Assembly: GCA_047285535.1 (NCBI GenBank)
Contig: JBJBDC010000001.1
Coordinates: forward strand, 1,824,136 to 1,888,135
Source: Synechococcus sp.
GTDB lineage: Bacteria > Cyanobacteriota > Cyanobacteriia > PCC-6307 > Cyanobiaceae
Direction of reading: 5' to 3'
DNA length: 64,000 bases
Shown here: positions 52,802 to 63,602 of the stretch, piece by piece
Numbering within the stretch: position 1 is the first letter of the stretch
Layout: each line of letters begins with the position of its first letter
Made by a program: the position numbers and the translations under genes
The notes under the pieces: model-generated
What the model saw: the letters and a program-made list of their open reading frames with translations, nothing else
What the model was told of the DNA's origin: nothing
Databases searched by the model: none

Positions 52802-53188
52802 GTGGGAATGTCCACATCTTTGTTCATGATGAATACCATGACATCCCTTACACCACGATCCCTCAGCGCCAGGGAACTCCAGCAGTGGCTGTCGCGCGGC
52901 AGCACGATTCAACTCGTTGATGTACGCGAGCACTCCGAACTGGAGATTGCTCCCTTCCCAGCACCGGTCGAACATTTACCCCTGAGTGAATCCAATCTCT
53001 GGCTCTCAGATCTCCCAGCAAGACTGAAAACAACCGCACCCATCGTGGTGATTTGTCATGCAGGGATCCGCAGCAGGAACTTTGGCTGCTGGCTGCTGGA
53101 ACAGGGTCTTGGTCACGAGGTCTGGAACTTGGAGGGTGGCATTCATGCCTGGAGTGTGGAAATCGATCCAACCGTTCCCCGTTACTGA
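52802..53188 (+). CDS. Rhodanese-like sulfurtransferase
   Basis: LVDVRE, CHAGIRS, NLEGGIHAWS.EIDP.VPRY; exact start uncertain. Confidence 0.9.
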   Translation: MGMSTSLFMMNTMTSLTPRSLSARELQQWLSRGSTIQLVDVREHSELEIAPFPAPVEHLPLSESNLWLSDLPARLKTTAPIVVICHAGIRSRNFGCWLLEQGLGHEVWNLEGGIHAWSVEIDPTVPRY

Positions 53189-53253
53189 GCAGCGGTTCGT
53201 GACAACGCAGCCAATCAAGGGGAAAAGGTCCGTACGATTCAAAGGCTGATTTT

Positions 53254-54252
53254 GTGCCTGTGCAGCCTCTGTCCCACCGACAACAGGAGGTGCTCAGGGC
53301 CACAGTGCACCACTATGTGGACACCATTGAACCGGTGGGAAGCAGAACACTGGTTCAGAGGTTCAATCTCCAAGCCAGTGCAGCCACAGTCCGCTCGGCA
53401 ATGGGGGCTCTTGAACAACGAGGGTTTCTAACCCAGCCCCACACCTCAGCTGGACGAGTTCCGAGCCCGAGTGGATATCGACATTACGTGGATTGCTTGC
53501 TGCCCAAGCCCGGTTCGGCCGTGCACCATCTGGACCAGGAGCTCGCCAATTTGAGTCTGCGCTGGGCCGCACTGGATGACCTTTTGACTCAGGTCGCCCG
53601 ACGGCTCACTGACTTCACAGGACTCATGAGTTTGATCACTCAACCCCAACGCCAACAACCTCGCCTCCAAGCAGTGCGCTGCGTGAAGAGTGAAGACAGG
53701 CTGCTCGTCATGCTTGTGGAAGATTCCAGCCAAGCGCGCCACCTCAATCTGCGACTTCCCCATGGGGCTGCAGAGCAAGTGGACGCCATGGAGCGATGGG
53801 CCAATGCCCAACTAGAGGCTCAAGGTCAACTGAACTGGGACTATGTTCCCCATCAGCTCCTGACCTGCAGCAAGGTGTTGCGTGATGCATTGGACAGCCA
53901 CCAAGAACAACCTCAGGCCCAAAACCAGCCAGCTCTGTTCCATGGAGTGTCTCGGCTTGTTGCCGAACCAGAATTTAGTGATAGCAGCAAGCTCAGACCC
54001 CTCCTCGAACTGATGGATCAGAGCCCGTGTGCGGTTGTGCCAGATGAATCAAGACCAGCGCAGGGTGTATGGATCGGCAGAGAACACCCTCAGAATGCAC
54101 TCCACAACTGTTCTGTTGTGAAAGCCACGTACAGCTGTGCCGGACAGGGGCAAGGCCATGTTGCCCTGATCGGACCGATGAGAATGGCCTATGCCACTGC
54201 GCTAGCAGCGGTCACCTCTGTTGCTCAATCCCTCGATCACCTTTTGGCTTAA
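53254..54252 (+). CDS. hrcA: Heat-inducible transcription repressor HrcA
   Basis: EPVGS, SAATVRS.M, QPHTSAGRVP..GYR.YVD, IGPMRM.Y. Confidence 0.95.
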   Translation: MPVQPLSHRQQEVLRATVHHYVDTIEPVGSRTLVQRFNLQASAATVRSAMGALEQRGFLTQPHTSAGRVPSPSGYRHYVDCLLPKPGSAVHHLDQELANLSLRWAALDDLLTQVARRLTDFTGLMSLITQPQRQQPRLQAVRCVKSEDRLLVMLVEDSSQARHLNLRLPHGAAEQVDAMERWANAQLEAQGQLNWDYVPHQLLTCSKVLRDALDSHQEQPQAQNQPALFHGVSRLVAEPEFSDSSKLRPLLELMDQSPCAVVPDESRPAQGVWIGREHPQNALHNCSVVKATYSCAGQGQGHVALIGPMRMAYATALAAVTSVAQSLDHLLA

Positions 54253-54261
54253 ACCCGACAA

Positions 54262-55524
54262 TCAACCATCGAGCGCAGTCCCTAATCGCTCAGCAACAGC
54301 ATTCACATCCTTATCGCCACGACCAGAACAATTGATCACCACCTCGGCACCGTCAGGAAGCTGTGGACACAGGGTTTCGAGCCAAGCAAACGCATGAGCG
54401 GTCTCCAAGGCTGGAATAATTCCTTCCAACTCACTCACAAGTCTTAGAGCTGTCATCGCTTGATCATCGGTTACAGCACCGTATTCAGCCCTTCCGATTT
54501 CACGAAGGTAGCTGTGCTCAGGCCCAACTCCGGGGTAATCAAGACCAGCGCTGATGGAATGCGCTTCCTGCACCTGGCCATTTTGATCTTGTAGCAGCAG
54601 GCTCATCGCCCCATGAAGCACCCCAACTCTGCCTTCGGTAATCGTGGCGGCATGACGTCCTGTCGCAACGCCGTCACCTGCAGCCTCAATACCGATCAAG
54701 CGAACCGTGGTGTCTTCCACAAATCGATGGAATAGTCCCATCGCATTGGATCCACCGCCGACGCAGGCCAGCAAAACATCTGGTAGCCGACCAAATGATT
54801 CCATGCATTGCTCACGGGCTTCATTCCCGATCACGGCATGGAAATCCCGAACCAACATTGGATAAGGATGCGGACCAGCCACTGACCCCAGGATGTAATG
54901 CGTGGTCTCCACATTGGTGACCCAGTCGCGAATGGCTTCGCTAGTGGCGTCTTTCAATGTCGCAGTTCCTGCATTAACAGGCTGAACCCTTGCACCCAAC
55001 AGACGCATTCGAAACACATTCAGTGCTTGACGGCGCATATCTTCAGCACCCATATAAACCACACACTCCAGGCCAAAGCGGGCACAGACGGTCGCTGTCG
55101 CTACGCCATGCTGACCTGCTCCAGTTTCGGCAATGATGCGTTTTTTACCCATCCGCAAAGCCAGTAGAGCCTGACCGAGGGCATTGTTAATTTTGTGTGC
55201 ACCAGTGTGATTCAGGTCCTCGCGCTTCAACCAAATGCGCGGACCACCATCGGAACGGCGGTAGTGAGCGCTCAGTCGTTCAGCCTCGTAGAGCGGGGTG
55301 GCTCGGCCTACATAAGTTTTCAGCAGGCGGTTCAGTTCCGATATAAAAGCTGGATCATTCCAAGCTTCAGCAGCAGCCAGCTCAAGCTCCGCCAACGCTG
55401 GCATCAAAGTTTCGGGAACATACTGCCCCCCATAGCGTCCAAAACGCCCATGTGCTTCAGGTCGAACCGAAGGCCTCAGGCTGGAGGGATCTGGAGTGCT
55501 GGCTGTCGGCAGAGTGCTGGTCAC
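54262..55524 (-). CDS. trpB: Tryptophan synthase beta chain
   Basis: [37 protein letters not shown]. Confidence 0.98.
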   Translation of the reverse strand: MTSTLPTASTPDPSSLRPSVRPEAHGRFGRYGGQYVPETLMPALAELELAAAEAWNDPAFISELNRLLKTYVGRATPLYEAERLSAHYRRSDGGPRIWLKREDLNHTGAHKINNALGQALLALRMGKKRIIAETGAGQHGVATATVCARFGLECVVYMGAEDMRRQALNVFRMRLLGARVQPVNAGTATLKDATSEAIRDWVTNVETTHYILGSVAGPHPYPMLVRDFHAVIGNEAREQCMESFGRLPDVLLACVGGGSNAMGLFHRFVEDTTVRLIGIEAAGDGVATGRHAATITEGRVGVLHGAMSLLLQDQNGQVQEAHSISAGLDYPGVGPEHSYLREIGRAEYGAVTDDQAMTALRLVSELEGIIPALETAHAFAWLETLCPQLPDGAEVVINCSGRGDKDVNAVAERLGTALDG

Positions 55525-55561
55525 AGGTCGGCAGGCCGCTAAAACGGGTTGTTGCTCAGGG

Positions 55562-56521
55562 TCAGCGTAAACAGGCGATTACACGATGTCGTGGATCACA
55601 GGCCTCAATGCGTAGATCCCGGAACCCAGCCTGACTGAGGGTGGCACTCATATCAAGGCGGAAATAATCCTCGATATAAGGCTCCGTGCTCTTCAAAAGG
55701 GTGGCAACGGCTGCTGGCAAGTGTTGCAGCACCGACGATGCTGGATCCTGATCCACCATCATCAGAACACCACCAGGCTTGAGAAGACGTGCCGCTTCTT
55801 TCAGCACCGCACGGGTGGCATCTTGAGGCAGCTCATGACAGACGAACTGGAGGCTAATTAAGTCAAATCTCCCGCTGGCAAAAGTGGTTTGTTCCGCAGC
55901 AGCATGGCACCACTCACTGATCAAGTTGTCACGATCTCTAACCCGTGCAACGGCCAGCATCTCCGGAGAGAGATCCAGACCAATCAGCCGTGGCCTGGTC
56001 AGTTCCCGCTGATCCGCACGCTGATTCAACCAAGCGGCAAGCGCCTGAGTGCTGACTCCCACCGAACACCCCAAGTCCAACACCTCGTGGATGGACTCGT
56101 TTAAGAGAGGCTCTACAACAGCGTGAATCGCATCACGGAGTCGTGTCTGCGCTTGCAACGGTTCAAGCTTTTCATCAGGCCAGATGCGCAGGGCCATCGC
56201 ATCGGTGGCTTGCTCTGCTTCCGCTGCTGCCTGCCAGCAGAGATTTCCCTGCTCATAAGCATGAAATCGAACTTGATAATAAGCAGGAGTGACCAGGCCT
56301 TCGGTGCGACTCTCTGCCAAAAGAGAGGCTGCTGCCTTCCGCAATTCAGTGCGACGCTGCCGCCATGGAATCCCGTTCCGCTCCGCCGTGCCGATGATCA
56401 GCTGTCTCGCCTGAAAAAACAGCGGACGACGCAACAGGCCTATTCCAATCAAATGCTCAATCCAACGACCGAGACCCTGACTGGAATCAGCCCATTGGGG
56501 AGCCGTTGCTGATTCACTCAT
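55562..56521 (-). CDS. Class I SAM-dependent methyltransferase
   Basis: [40 protein letters not shown]; start taken at ATG 56521. Confidence 0.88.
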   Translation of the reverse strand: MSESATAPQWADSSQGLGRWIEHLIGIGLLRRPLFFQARQLIIGTAERNGIPWRQRRTELRKAAASLLAESRTEGLVTPAYYQVRFHAYEQGNLCWQAAAEAEQATDAMALRIWPDEKLEPLQAQTRLRDAIHAVVEPLLNESIHEVLDLGCSVGVSTQALAAWLNQRADQRELTRPRLIGLDLSPEMLAVARVRDRDNLISEWCHAAAEQTTFASGRFDLISLQFVCHELPQDATRAVLKEAARLLKPGGVLMMVDQDPASSVLQHLPAAVATLLKSTEPYIEDYFRLDMSATLSQAGFRDLRIEACDPRHRVIACLR

Positions 56522-56560
56522 CGTGAGAGCCGGCAGGATAGAAACGGATGCAAACAGATC

Positions 56561-56887
56561 ATGCGAAAGAAAGGCTGGCAAGAATTCAGCAGTGCTAACA
56601 GTCTGCAACGCCCAAGGGAAACATCCGCAGGGGCGACACCCAAGGAGGATCAGATCGTGCGAGTACAACCCACCCGCGGCGGCAAAGGCGGCAAGACCGT
56701 CACCATGATTCGTGGTCTGGAGTTAGGTCCTGATGGCTTCAAAGCCCTCTTGAAAAAGTTAAAAACGCAGATTGGCAGCGGCGGCACAGCCAAAGATGGC
56801 GTCATTGAATTGCAAGGGGATCAGGTTGAGCTCAGCCTCGCGCTGCTCAGCAAAGAGGGATACAAACCCAAGCGTGCCGGCGGCTGA
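56561..56887 (+). CDS. yciH: Translation initiation factor SUI1/YciH
   Basis: RGGKGGKTVT, LK...GSGGTAKDG.IELQGD. Confidence 0.92.
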   Translation: MRKKGWQEFSSANSLQRPRETSAGATPKEDQIVRVQPTRGGKGGKTVTMIRGLELGPDGFKALLKKLKTQIGSGGTAKDGVIELQGDQVELSLALLSKEGYKPKRAGG

Positions 56888-56962
56888 GACCTTGACAGGT
56901 CACAGTCACTCATCGTCAATTCTGAAGCGCCAGGGGACAATGCCATCTTTCGCGTCTCGTTC

Positions 56963-57589
56963 ATGACCGCCGCCAACAGTCCGAAGGCCACCAACATCGT
57001 CTGGCACCAGGCCTCGGTCGATCGCTGCGCGCGTGCTGAGCAACGTGGGCATCGCAGTGCCATCCTCTGGTTTACAGGTTTAAGCGGAGCAGGCAAAAGC
57101 ACCCTCGCCAATGCCGTGAATCAACGCTTGTTCCAAAGAGAACTTGCCTGCTACGTGCTTGATGGTGACAACGTCCGCCACGGTCTCTGCAAGGACCTGG
57201 GCTTCTCTGATGCAGATCGGGAAGAAAACATCCGAAGGATCGGCGAAGTCGCCAAGCTGTTTCTTGATGCAGGCGTGGTGGTTCTGACTGCATTCGTCTC
57301 CCCGTTTCGCGCCGATCGGGATCGAGCCCGTGAACTCGTACAAGCTCAAGACTTCATCGAGATTCACTGCGCAGCTGATCTCAGTGTTTGCGAAGAGCGG
57401 GATACAAAAGGCCTTTATGCCAAAGCACGGGCAGGCGAGATCAAGGAATTCACTGGAATATCAAGCCCCTACGAAGCACCCTTAAATCCTGAGCTCAATG
57501 TCAATACAGGCAAAGACTCCTTGGACAGCTGTGTCGACCAGGTCATCCAATACCTCATGGACCAAAAGATCATTCCTCTGCAGAACTGA
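56963..57589 (+). CDS. cysC: Adenylyl-sulfate kinase
   Basis: WFTGLSGAGKST, LDGDNVRHGL, RDTKGLY, FTGISSPYE. Confidence 0.97.
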   Translation: MTAANSPKATNIVWHQASVDRCARAEQRGHRSAILWFTGLSGAGKSTLANAVNQRLFQRELACYVLDGDNVRHGLCKDLGFSDADREENIRRIGEVAKLFLDAGVVVLTAFVSPFRADRDRARELVQAQDFIEIHCAADLSVCEERDTKGLYAKARAGEIKEFTGISSPYEAPLNPELNVNTGKDSLDSCVDQVIQYLMDQKIIPLQN

Positions 57590-58661
57590 TCCTGCTGAGG
57601 GCGAGCTCAAAACTCTGTGGGTCCCTCCAAGCATCCACAAGGGTTTTAATGCAACTCGCAAGCGGGACTGCCAGCAACAGTCCAAGAAGCGGACCCAACC
57701 CAAATAACTCTCCCGCCCGTGCACCAAGCGGGAGAGAGATCAAGAGCCAAGCAGGCTGCAATCCAACGATGCTTCCCATTAAGCGTGGCTGAATCACCTG
57801 TTCCACAATTTGTCCAACACCTATCGCTGCCGCAAGGATGACGACACCCATTCCGGGATCCTGCACAGCCAGAAGAAAACTCACCGCAATGATGGTCAAT
57901 CCGCTGGCATAGGGGATCAAGGTGGTCAATCCAATCAAAACGGCAAACAGAACGCCATAAGGAATCTTCAGCAATGTGAACACGGCCATCTGACCAAGGC
58001 TCAGGATCAAAGCAAGGGCCACCTGCCCCGCAAAATATCCCCGAAAAGTGCGGGTAAAGGTGGTCACAACCAGCTGGCGCCATTGCTCCGGCAACCAACG
58101 CACCAAACCCGTAGTGATGGATTCTCCTCCCAAAAGGAAGAAAACCGCCAGCACCACGACAATCACAGTATTGATCGTGGTCCCAAGGGTTGCGCCAAGG
58201 ATGCTGAGCAATCGTTGACTGAGCTGACTGGCAAGACGACTGGCACGTGTAAGAACATCGCTGCTTAGATTTCCGAAGTCACTGGGTAGGCCATGGCTTG
58301 TGGCCCAATCCTGGAGACGATCGATCAAGACTTCAGACCCTTCAAGCCAAGCGGGTAAGGCATTGATCAATTGCGCTAATTGGTCAATCAAAAGAGGCAC
58401 GACAGCGAGACCCGCTAACACCAGAATCCCGCCAGCCACCAAAACAACACAACCAATCGCAAGCCAACCAGGGAGACCCCTGGCACGCAGCCAACGGGCT
58501 GGGATGTCGAGGAGGAATGCAATCAAAGCCGCCGTCAAGAACAAACCAGGAAACGGTGCTAGCGGCACAAGCAACTGGCGCAGGACAAACAAGTTGAGCG
58601 TCAGGAGAGGCAGGGCTAGGCCCCAACGCATCCAGGCGGGACCGAACATCAATCGTTCCAT
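57570..58661 (-). CDS. AI-2E/PerM-family transporter
   Basis: Polytopic membrane protein; YFAGQ, IPY, QP.LMG..VGL.P. Confidence 0.85.
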   Translation of the reverse strand: MERLMFGPAWMRWGLALPLLTLNLFVLRQLLVPLAPFPGLFLTAALIAFLLDIPARWLRARGLPGWLAIGCVVLVAGGILVLAGLAVVPLLIDQLAQLINALPAWLEGSEVLIDRLQDWATSHGLPSDFGNLSSDVLTRASRLASQLSQRLLSILGATLGTTINTVIVVVLAVFFLLGGESITTGLVRWLPEQWRQLVVTTFTRTFRGYFAGQVALALILSLGQMAVFTLLKIPYGVLFAVLIGLTTLIPYASGLTIIAVSFLLAVQDPGMGVVILAAAIGVGQIVEQVIQPRLMGSIVGLQPAWLLISLPLGARAGELFGLGPLLGLLLAVPLASCIKTLVDAWRDPQSFELALSRISSAEE

Positions 58662-58703
58662 GGAGAGCGCATTCTGGATCTGACCATGCCGATGCCCCTT
58701 AGA

Positions 58704-59282
58704 TCAACCGCTAGCCATGGCCTCTAGATACTCGTCAGCCCCTAACGCTTTGAGGCGAGCATCCTTGGCAACCACCATGTCGTGCAGTTGCTGGCGATAC
58801 ACCTCAAGACGTTTGGAAAGGGCCGGATCACTGATGGCCAGGATCTGAGCAGCAAGGAGGCCAGCATTTAAACCACCGCCAATCGCAACCGTGGCCACAG
58901 GAATTCCACCAGGCATCTGAACGATCGAATGCAGTGAATCAACTCCAGAGAGAGCTCGACTTTTCACAGGCACACCAATCACAGGAAGAGTCGTGAGTGA
59001 CGCCACCATCCCAGGGAGATGGGCAGCACCACCGGCGCCGGCAACGATCACACGGAATCCCAGGGTCTTGGCTTGACGGGCGAAGTCCACCATTTCCAGT
59101 GGGGTGCGATGGGCAGAAAGCACACGCAGTTCAACTTTCACTCCCAGTTCGTCTAGCGCCGAAACGGCAGGCTTGAGCGTGGGCAAATCAGAATCACTGC
59201 CCATAATCACGGCCACTAGGGGATTCGGGACGATTGAGGGCTCCGATGTCTTAGACACAACTCCTTGCAGCAAGACTGCCAT
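58704..59282 (-). CDS. purE: N5-CAIR mutase
   Basis: [37 protein letters not shown]; exact start uncertain. Confidence 0.97.
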   Translation of the reverse strand: MAVLLQGVVSKTSEPSIVPNPLVAVIMGSDSDLPTLKPAVSALDELGVKVELRVLSAHRTPLEMVDFARQAKTLGFRVIVAGAGGAAHLPGMVASLTTLPVIGVPVKSRALSGVDSLHSIVQMPGGIPVATVAIGGGLNAGLLAAQILAISDPALSKRLEVYRQQLHDMVVAKDARLKALGADEYLEAMASG

Positions 59283-59314
59283 CGTCCCTCACTGGCTTCA
59301 AAGGACCATCCCCC

Positions 59315-60472
59315 ATGAGCCGGATCACACATGTTTGTCTAGCCGACAGCAATCAAAACAACCAACACTTTCAGCACTGGTGGCTTCAACTGGATCAGGA
59401 GCGACGTGTTGTTGATCTAGGGCCAATGCCTGAAGGGACGGCCATTGCAGGCGAAAGCTGGAGTGGAGATGTCCTCAGCCCAATGGGTATTGACCTCCAG
59501 ATCAATGGTGGCTTGGGCGTGGCATTTCCAGAACTGACAGAGACTGCGTTGCCGCGGCTCCTGGAACTACTCGATCAGCTCTGGCGCGATGGAGTTGAAG
59601 CCATTAGTCCCACCCTGGTGACCTGTGGCATTGAGCCCTTGCGTCAAGCCCTAGCGGTGTTGAGGAAAGCGCGTGAATATCATCAGCCTTATCGCTGCAG
59701 GCTGCTTGGAGCTCATCTAGAAGGCCCATTTCTGAGCGAAGCAAGACGCGGGGCCCATCCCCGCAAACATCTTGTGAGCCCCAGCATGACGCAGCTGAAT
59801 GCACGGATCAGCGGCTTTGAAGACGAGATTTCACTGGTCACTTTGGCTCCGGAACTCGATGGTGCCGCGGCCTTGATCACGCACCTCTGTGACCTCGACA
59901 TTCGCGTGGCCCTGGGACACAGCTCAGCGGATGCAACCACGGCCAACAAGTCGTTTGACATGGGCGTCTCGATGCTGACCCACAGCTTCAATGCGATGCC
60001 AGGGCTGCATCACCGCCATCCCGGACCCATCGGAGCCGCCTGCCAAAGGGATGACATTGCTCTTGGCCTCATCGCTGATGGAGTTCACGTGAGCCCGACC
60101 ATGGCGGTGCTGTTGCAACGGCTTGCCGGCGATCAACTCGTGCTGGTGAGCGATGCACTCGCCCCCTACGGATTACAAGAAGGGGAGCATCATTGGGACG
60201 AGCGTGTGCTTCTGGTCAAAGCAGGCACGTGCAGGCTTGAGGATGGCACCCTTGCTGGAGTGACTTTGCCTTTACTTGAGGGAGTCAAGCGACTTGCACA
60301 CTGGAGTTCTAATCCGATTGCAGCCATTCATGCAGCCACAATCGCCCCTCGCCAGGTCCTGAGTTCAACCTCAACCCATGCTGTCCAGCTCAAGGGACGT
60401 CCCCTCAGTGAATTGTTGCGCTGGCATTGGGATGCCAAAACCAAAACCCTCAACTGGAAACACGCTGACTAA
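59315..60472 (+). CDS. nagA: N-acetylglucosamine-6-phosphate deacetylase
   Basis: IDLQING, HLEGPF, TLAPE, THSFNAM, IADGVH, LAG. Confidence 0.93.
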   Translation: MSRITHVCLADSNQNNQHFQHWWLQLDQERRVVDLGPMPEGTAIAGESWSGDVLSPMGIDLQINGGLGVAFPELTETALPRLLELLDQLWRDGVEAISPTLVTCGIEPLRQALAVLRKAREYHQPYRCRLLGAHLEGPFLSEARRGAHPRKHLVSPSMTQLNARISGFEDEISLVTLAPELDGAAALITHLCDLDIRVALGHSSADATTANKSFDMGVSMLTHSFNAMPGLHHRHPGPIGAACQRDDIALGLIADGVHVSPTMAVLLQRLAGDQLVLVSDALAPYGLQEGEHHWDERVLLVKAGTCRLEDGTLAGVTLPLLEGVKRLAHWSSNPIAAIHAATIAPRQVLSSTSTHAVQLKGRPLSELLRWHWDAKTKTLNWKHAD

Positions 60473-60499
60473 AATTCCGCGACCCCTCCGTCTGACGCC

Positions 60500-61213
60500 A
60501 TGTCACCCAAGCCACTGCTGGACGACAAGCAGGCTGAAAAAAAGGAAGTGAAGGGGTACTTCGAAACCACGGGTTTCGAACGCTGGAATCGCATCTATAG
60601 CGATAGCGATGATGTCAACAAGGTGCAGCGGAACATACGCATCGGTCACCAGAAAACAGTGGATGAGGTCTTGAGCTGGATCCACGAAAGCGGTGAGCTC
60701 AGCAATTTGAGCTTCTGCGACGCAGGCTGCGGTGTGGGAAGCCTCACTCTGCCGCTGGCATCAATGGGCGCCGGTTCGATCAACGCCAGCGACATTTCCG
60801 AAGCCATGGCCAAAGAGGCGCAGCGCCGTGCCGAAGAGGCCGGACTGAACATGAGCAAACTCACGTTCTTATCCAGTGATCTGGAGAGCCTCAGCGGCTC
60901 GTTTCACACCGTGTGCTGCCTGGATGTGTTCATTCACTATCCACAGCCTGCCGCGGAGGACATGGTGAAGCATCTGTGCAGTCTCACCGAGCAACGACTG
61001 ATCGTGAGCTTTGCTCCATACACCCCCTTACTGGCCATCCTCAAAGGCATCGGGCAGCTGTTTCCAGGACCCAGCAAGACCACCCGTGCCTACACCCTTC
61101 AGGAGAAGGGGATTGTGCAAGCAGCTGAATCATGCGGATTCAAACTGGCTCGCCGCAGTCTTAACAAGGCGCCGTTTTACTTCTCACGGCTCGTTGAATT
61201 TCGCAAAACCTAA
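60500..61213 (+). CDS. chlM: Magnesium protoporphyrin IX methyltransferase
   Basis: YFETTGFERW, GHQKTV, CDAGCGVG, CLDVFIHYP, SFAP. Confidence 0.96.
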   Translation: MSPKPLLDDKQAEKKEVKGYFETTGFERWNRIYSDSDDVNKVQRNIRIGHQKTVDEVLSWIHESGELSNLSFCDAGCGVGSLTLPLASMGAGSINASDISEAMAKEAQRRAEEAGLNMSKLTFLSSDLESLSGSFHTVCCLDVFIHYPQPAAEDMVKHLCSLTEQRLIVSFAPYTPLLAILKGIGQLFPGPSKTTRAYTLQEKGIVQAAESCGFKLARRSLNKAPFYFSRLVEFRKT

Positions 61214-61219
61214 TCAAAC

Positions 61220-61828
61220 TCAGCGGTTCAAATTCATCTGCGATCCCAATTTCAGCATCAGCACCGGTGGCTGACCAGGCTGCACTGTGGCGGTCCCGAT
61301 CAATCCAGCGAAGTCGCCTCCTTGGCCTTGCACCGAAGCGGGATGGGCGGCAGGGAAAAGTGCATCAATCCTGAACGATTGCTTGCCTGTCTTTGTCATC
61401 TGCAGGAGTTCCGCTGTTGAGAAATGGACCACGCCCATCGCCATCAACTTCAAGTTGCCATTCGGCAACATTGCCGTCCCCTGAAAAGTGGTCAGATAAC
61501 GCGCCTCTCCTTTAACAGGAGGACGCTTGTCCACAATTTCCTCAGACCCATAAAAGCTGCCGATGCTGATGGTGCAGTCCGGCTTACCTGCTTGATCCAC
61601 ATCCCCAATAGACATCACATAGGTCACGCGATCACCCACGTTGAACGTGGAATCATCGTTCTGATCAAAGAACCAAGAGTCTTTTCGCTCACAAAGAGGC
61701 AATTGCAGCTCTCGGTCACCGAAAAACTGTCCTGGAGTCTGGCCAGCTCGTTCGGACTTGTTCAACCTCGTACAACCAGACGCCCAGATCAGAGAAGCGC
61801 CAACAAAAGCTGTCAATAGGGATCTCAT
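61220..61828 (-). CDS. Putative lipoprotein with dirigent/allene oxide cyclase-like beta-barrel
   Basis: Lipobox WASG-C; D.ND.STFNVGD, T..LPNG.L...G and SVQGQGGDFAG..G resemble the AOC/dirigent barrel pattern. Confidence 0.55.
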   Translation of the reverse strand: MRSLLTAFVGASLIWASGCTRLNKSERAGQTPGQFFGDRELQLPLCERKDSWFFDQNDDSTFNVGDRVTYVMSIGDVDQAGKPDCTISIGSFYGSEEIVDKRPPVKGEARYLTTFQGTAMLPNGNLKLMAMGVVHFSTAELLQMTKTGKQSFRIDALFPAAHPASVQGQGGDFAGLIGTATVQPGQPPVLMLKLGSQMNLNR

Positions 61829-62168
61829 CGCAACATCAGCTCAGACCATCCATGCTGACAACTCAAAGGATCCACGAACTTAGAATCCATTGAGTCCATT
61901 CGTTCCGGGAGAAGACACCCAGGACGCTGATGCTCTTGCGATAGCTGTGCACCTTGGCTCTCTGGAAGTGACTCTTCTGTGCGGGACTCTTGTCTGGGTC
62001 ATGGCTGGTATCGCCGAAAGGGCTGCTGCCACGAGGTGAGTGAGCCTCGGGGTAGCTAGTGGCGAGATCAGACGGCAACCACGGCGAGATCAACATCAGA
62101 GCAAACCTGAACCAAGCCGGGCGAAGCGAGCCCAACCTGATCCAAGGGATCCAAACGGTTATGCCTGC

Positions 62169-63602
62169 TTACGACTTCGGCATTCCGAAGTTGTCTAAAC
62201 CATTAAGTAGTAGAAAGAAACGTATGGTTTCCGCCATGACAGCTGAATCGATCTGATCTTCAGTTGTCCATTGATCTCGAGGTGGCTTGCCAAGAATGTG
62301 AGCAGACAATGCAAAGTCTTTGAACTCAGTTGAGTGCATGTAATCCACATATCCAGGACTGCGATTCGCCGTGGCTTTTCTTTTTTGGTCCGTGCGCCGC
62401 ATGAAATCCTTTTCATGATTGCGGAACGAAACCGCGACTGACGCCGATGACCAGTTTGTTTTTTGCTGTTCGATCAATGATGTAGCGAGGTCGGCGGCGT
62501 CTCTCAGAGCGAAGTTGCCCGACATTCCACTCCAAGGCGGAAGAGCGTGTAGGGCATCACCGATGCAAAGAAATGGCAGTCCTTCCGAGTCCGGTGTGGT
62601 CAGTGCCAATGTCTCTTCACAAAACGGATGCATACGCATGGGCAATACCCATGCTCCCTCGATCGCGTCAAAGAGGTTTTGGTACTGCTCCGGAAAACTC
62701 GACAGTTGTTGCTTGGTGAAAGCCTTAACCCGCTGAATTGCAGCTGGGTCTCGAGTCATGCCGTGAATACCTTCGAACCTGAGCTCTTCGATCAGTCGGT
62801 TCGCATCGTCGGAGTGGACCTGAATCCTTATTATCGCGACCTGGTTGGACGGATCCGCTCCAAAGCGCTGCACTTCGAGTAGCTGCGTGCCCTTACGGTC
62901 TTGCGTGGGCCCATACAGGCACAGGGTTCCCTCACCAAGACGACGGACAATCTCCGGGTCAAGGGACCTCTCGGGTGAACCAATGATGCCTTGGACATAG
63001 ATGGTGCCGGTGAAATGAGCATCTGCCTCACGCGTGAATCGAGTAGGGCGCAAGGCCGATCTCGATCCGGAACAGTCGACAACGACATCGAAACTGCCAT
63101 TGAACACAGATCCTTCACGTCCCAGGATCTCGATGGATCCATCGCCATTCTTCCTCAGGCCCGAAACACAGGCCTCATAGAGTATCTTTGTACTGCTACT
63201 GAGGGCATCGGTAAGGCCCTCAACCATTTTTTTACGTTCGGTTTCGAGGCAGGGCGAAGCCAGTAAACCCATCTGTTCCTTGCTCACTCCGAGTTCGCAA
63301 AGAAACGGAGGCATTCTGAACGCGCCTATCGGTTGATCCATAGCATCGACCCGATAGGACATCTGCCGATCGCTACGGGGTCTTTGAAGCGATTTCAGTT
63401 CCACGCCGGCGCGAAGGAGCGCGGCTTCAGCTTCCGCATCAACATCCCAACCAGAACCCTGATCACGGTCAGCGGCGCCTCGTTCAAAGATCGTGATGTC
63501 AAAGGCTTCGGCATGAGGCGTTTCACGTCCGAGTATGGAAGCGAGAGTCAGACCGCTGGGACCGCCGCCAACGATGGCGAGTTTCATTGTTCTGGATGCC
63601 AT
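62169..63602 (-). CDS. Class A flavoprotein monooxygenase (TetX-like family)
   Basis: IVGGGPSGLTLA (GxGxxG), FER....RDQGSGWD, DCSGSRS (DG motif), IGDALHALPPWSGMSGNFALRDA (GD motif). Confidence 0.85.
   Translation of the reverse strand: MASRTMKLAIVGGGPSGLTLASILGRETPHAEAFDITIFERGAADRDQGSGWDVDAEAEAALLRAGVELKSLQRPRSDRQMSYRVDAMDQPIGAFRMPPFLCELGVSKEQMGLLASPCLETERKKMVEGLTDALSSSTKILYEACVSGLRKNGDGSIEILGREGSVFNGSFDVVVDCSGSRSALRPTRFTREADAHFTGTIYVQGIIGSPERSLDPEIVRRLGEGTLCLYGPTQDRKGTQLLEVQRFGADPSNQVAIIRIQVHSDDANRLIEELRFEGIHGMTRDPAAIQRVKAFTKQQLSSFPEQYQNLFDAIEGAWVLPMRMHPFCEETLALTTPDSEGLPFLCIGDALHALPPWSGMSGNFALRDAADLATSLIEQQKTNWSSASVAVSFRNHEKDFMRRTDQKRKATANRSPGYVDYMHSTEFKDFALSAHILGKPPRDQWTTEDQIDSAVMAETIRFFLLLNGLDNFGMPKS

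Noticed and set aside
61863..62135. 90-aa ORF between the lipoprotein and the monooxygenase
   Set aside because: No recognisable motif, and I cannot tell it from a chance ORF or gene remnant.
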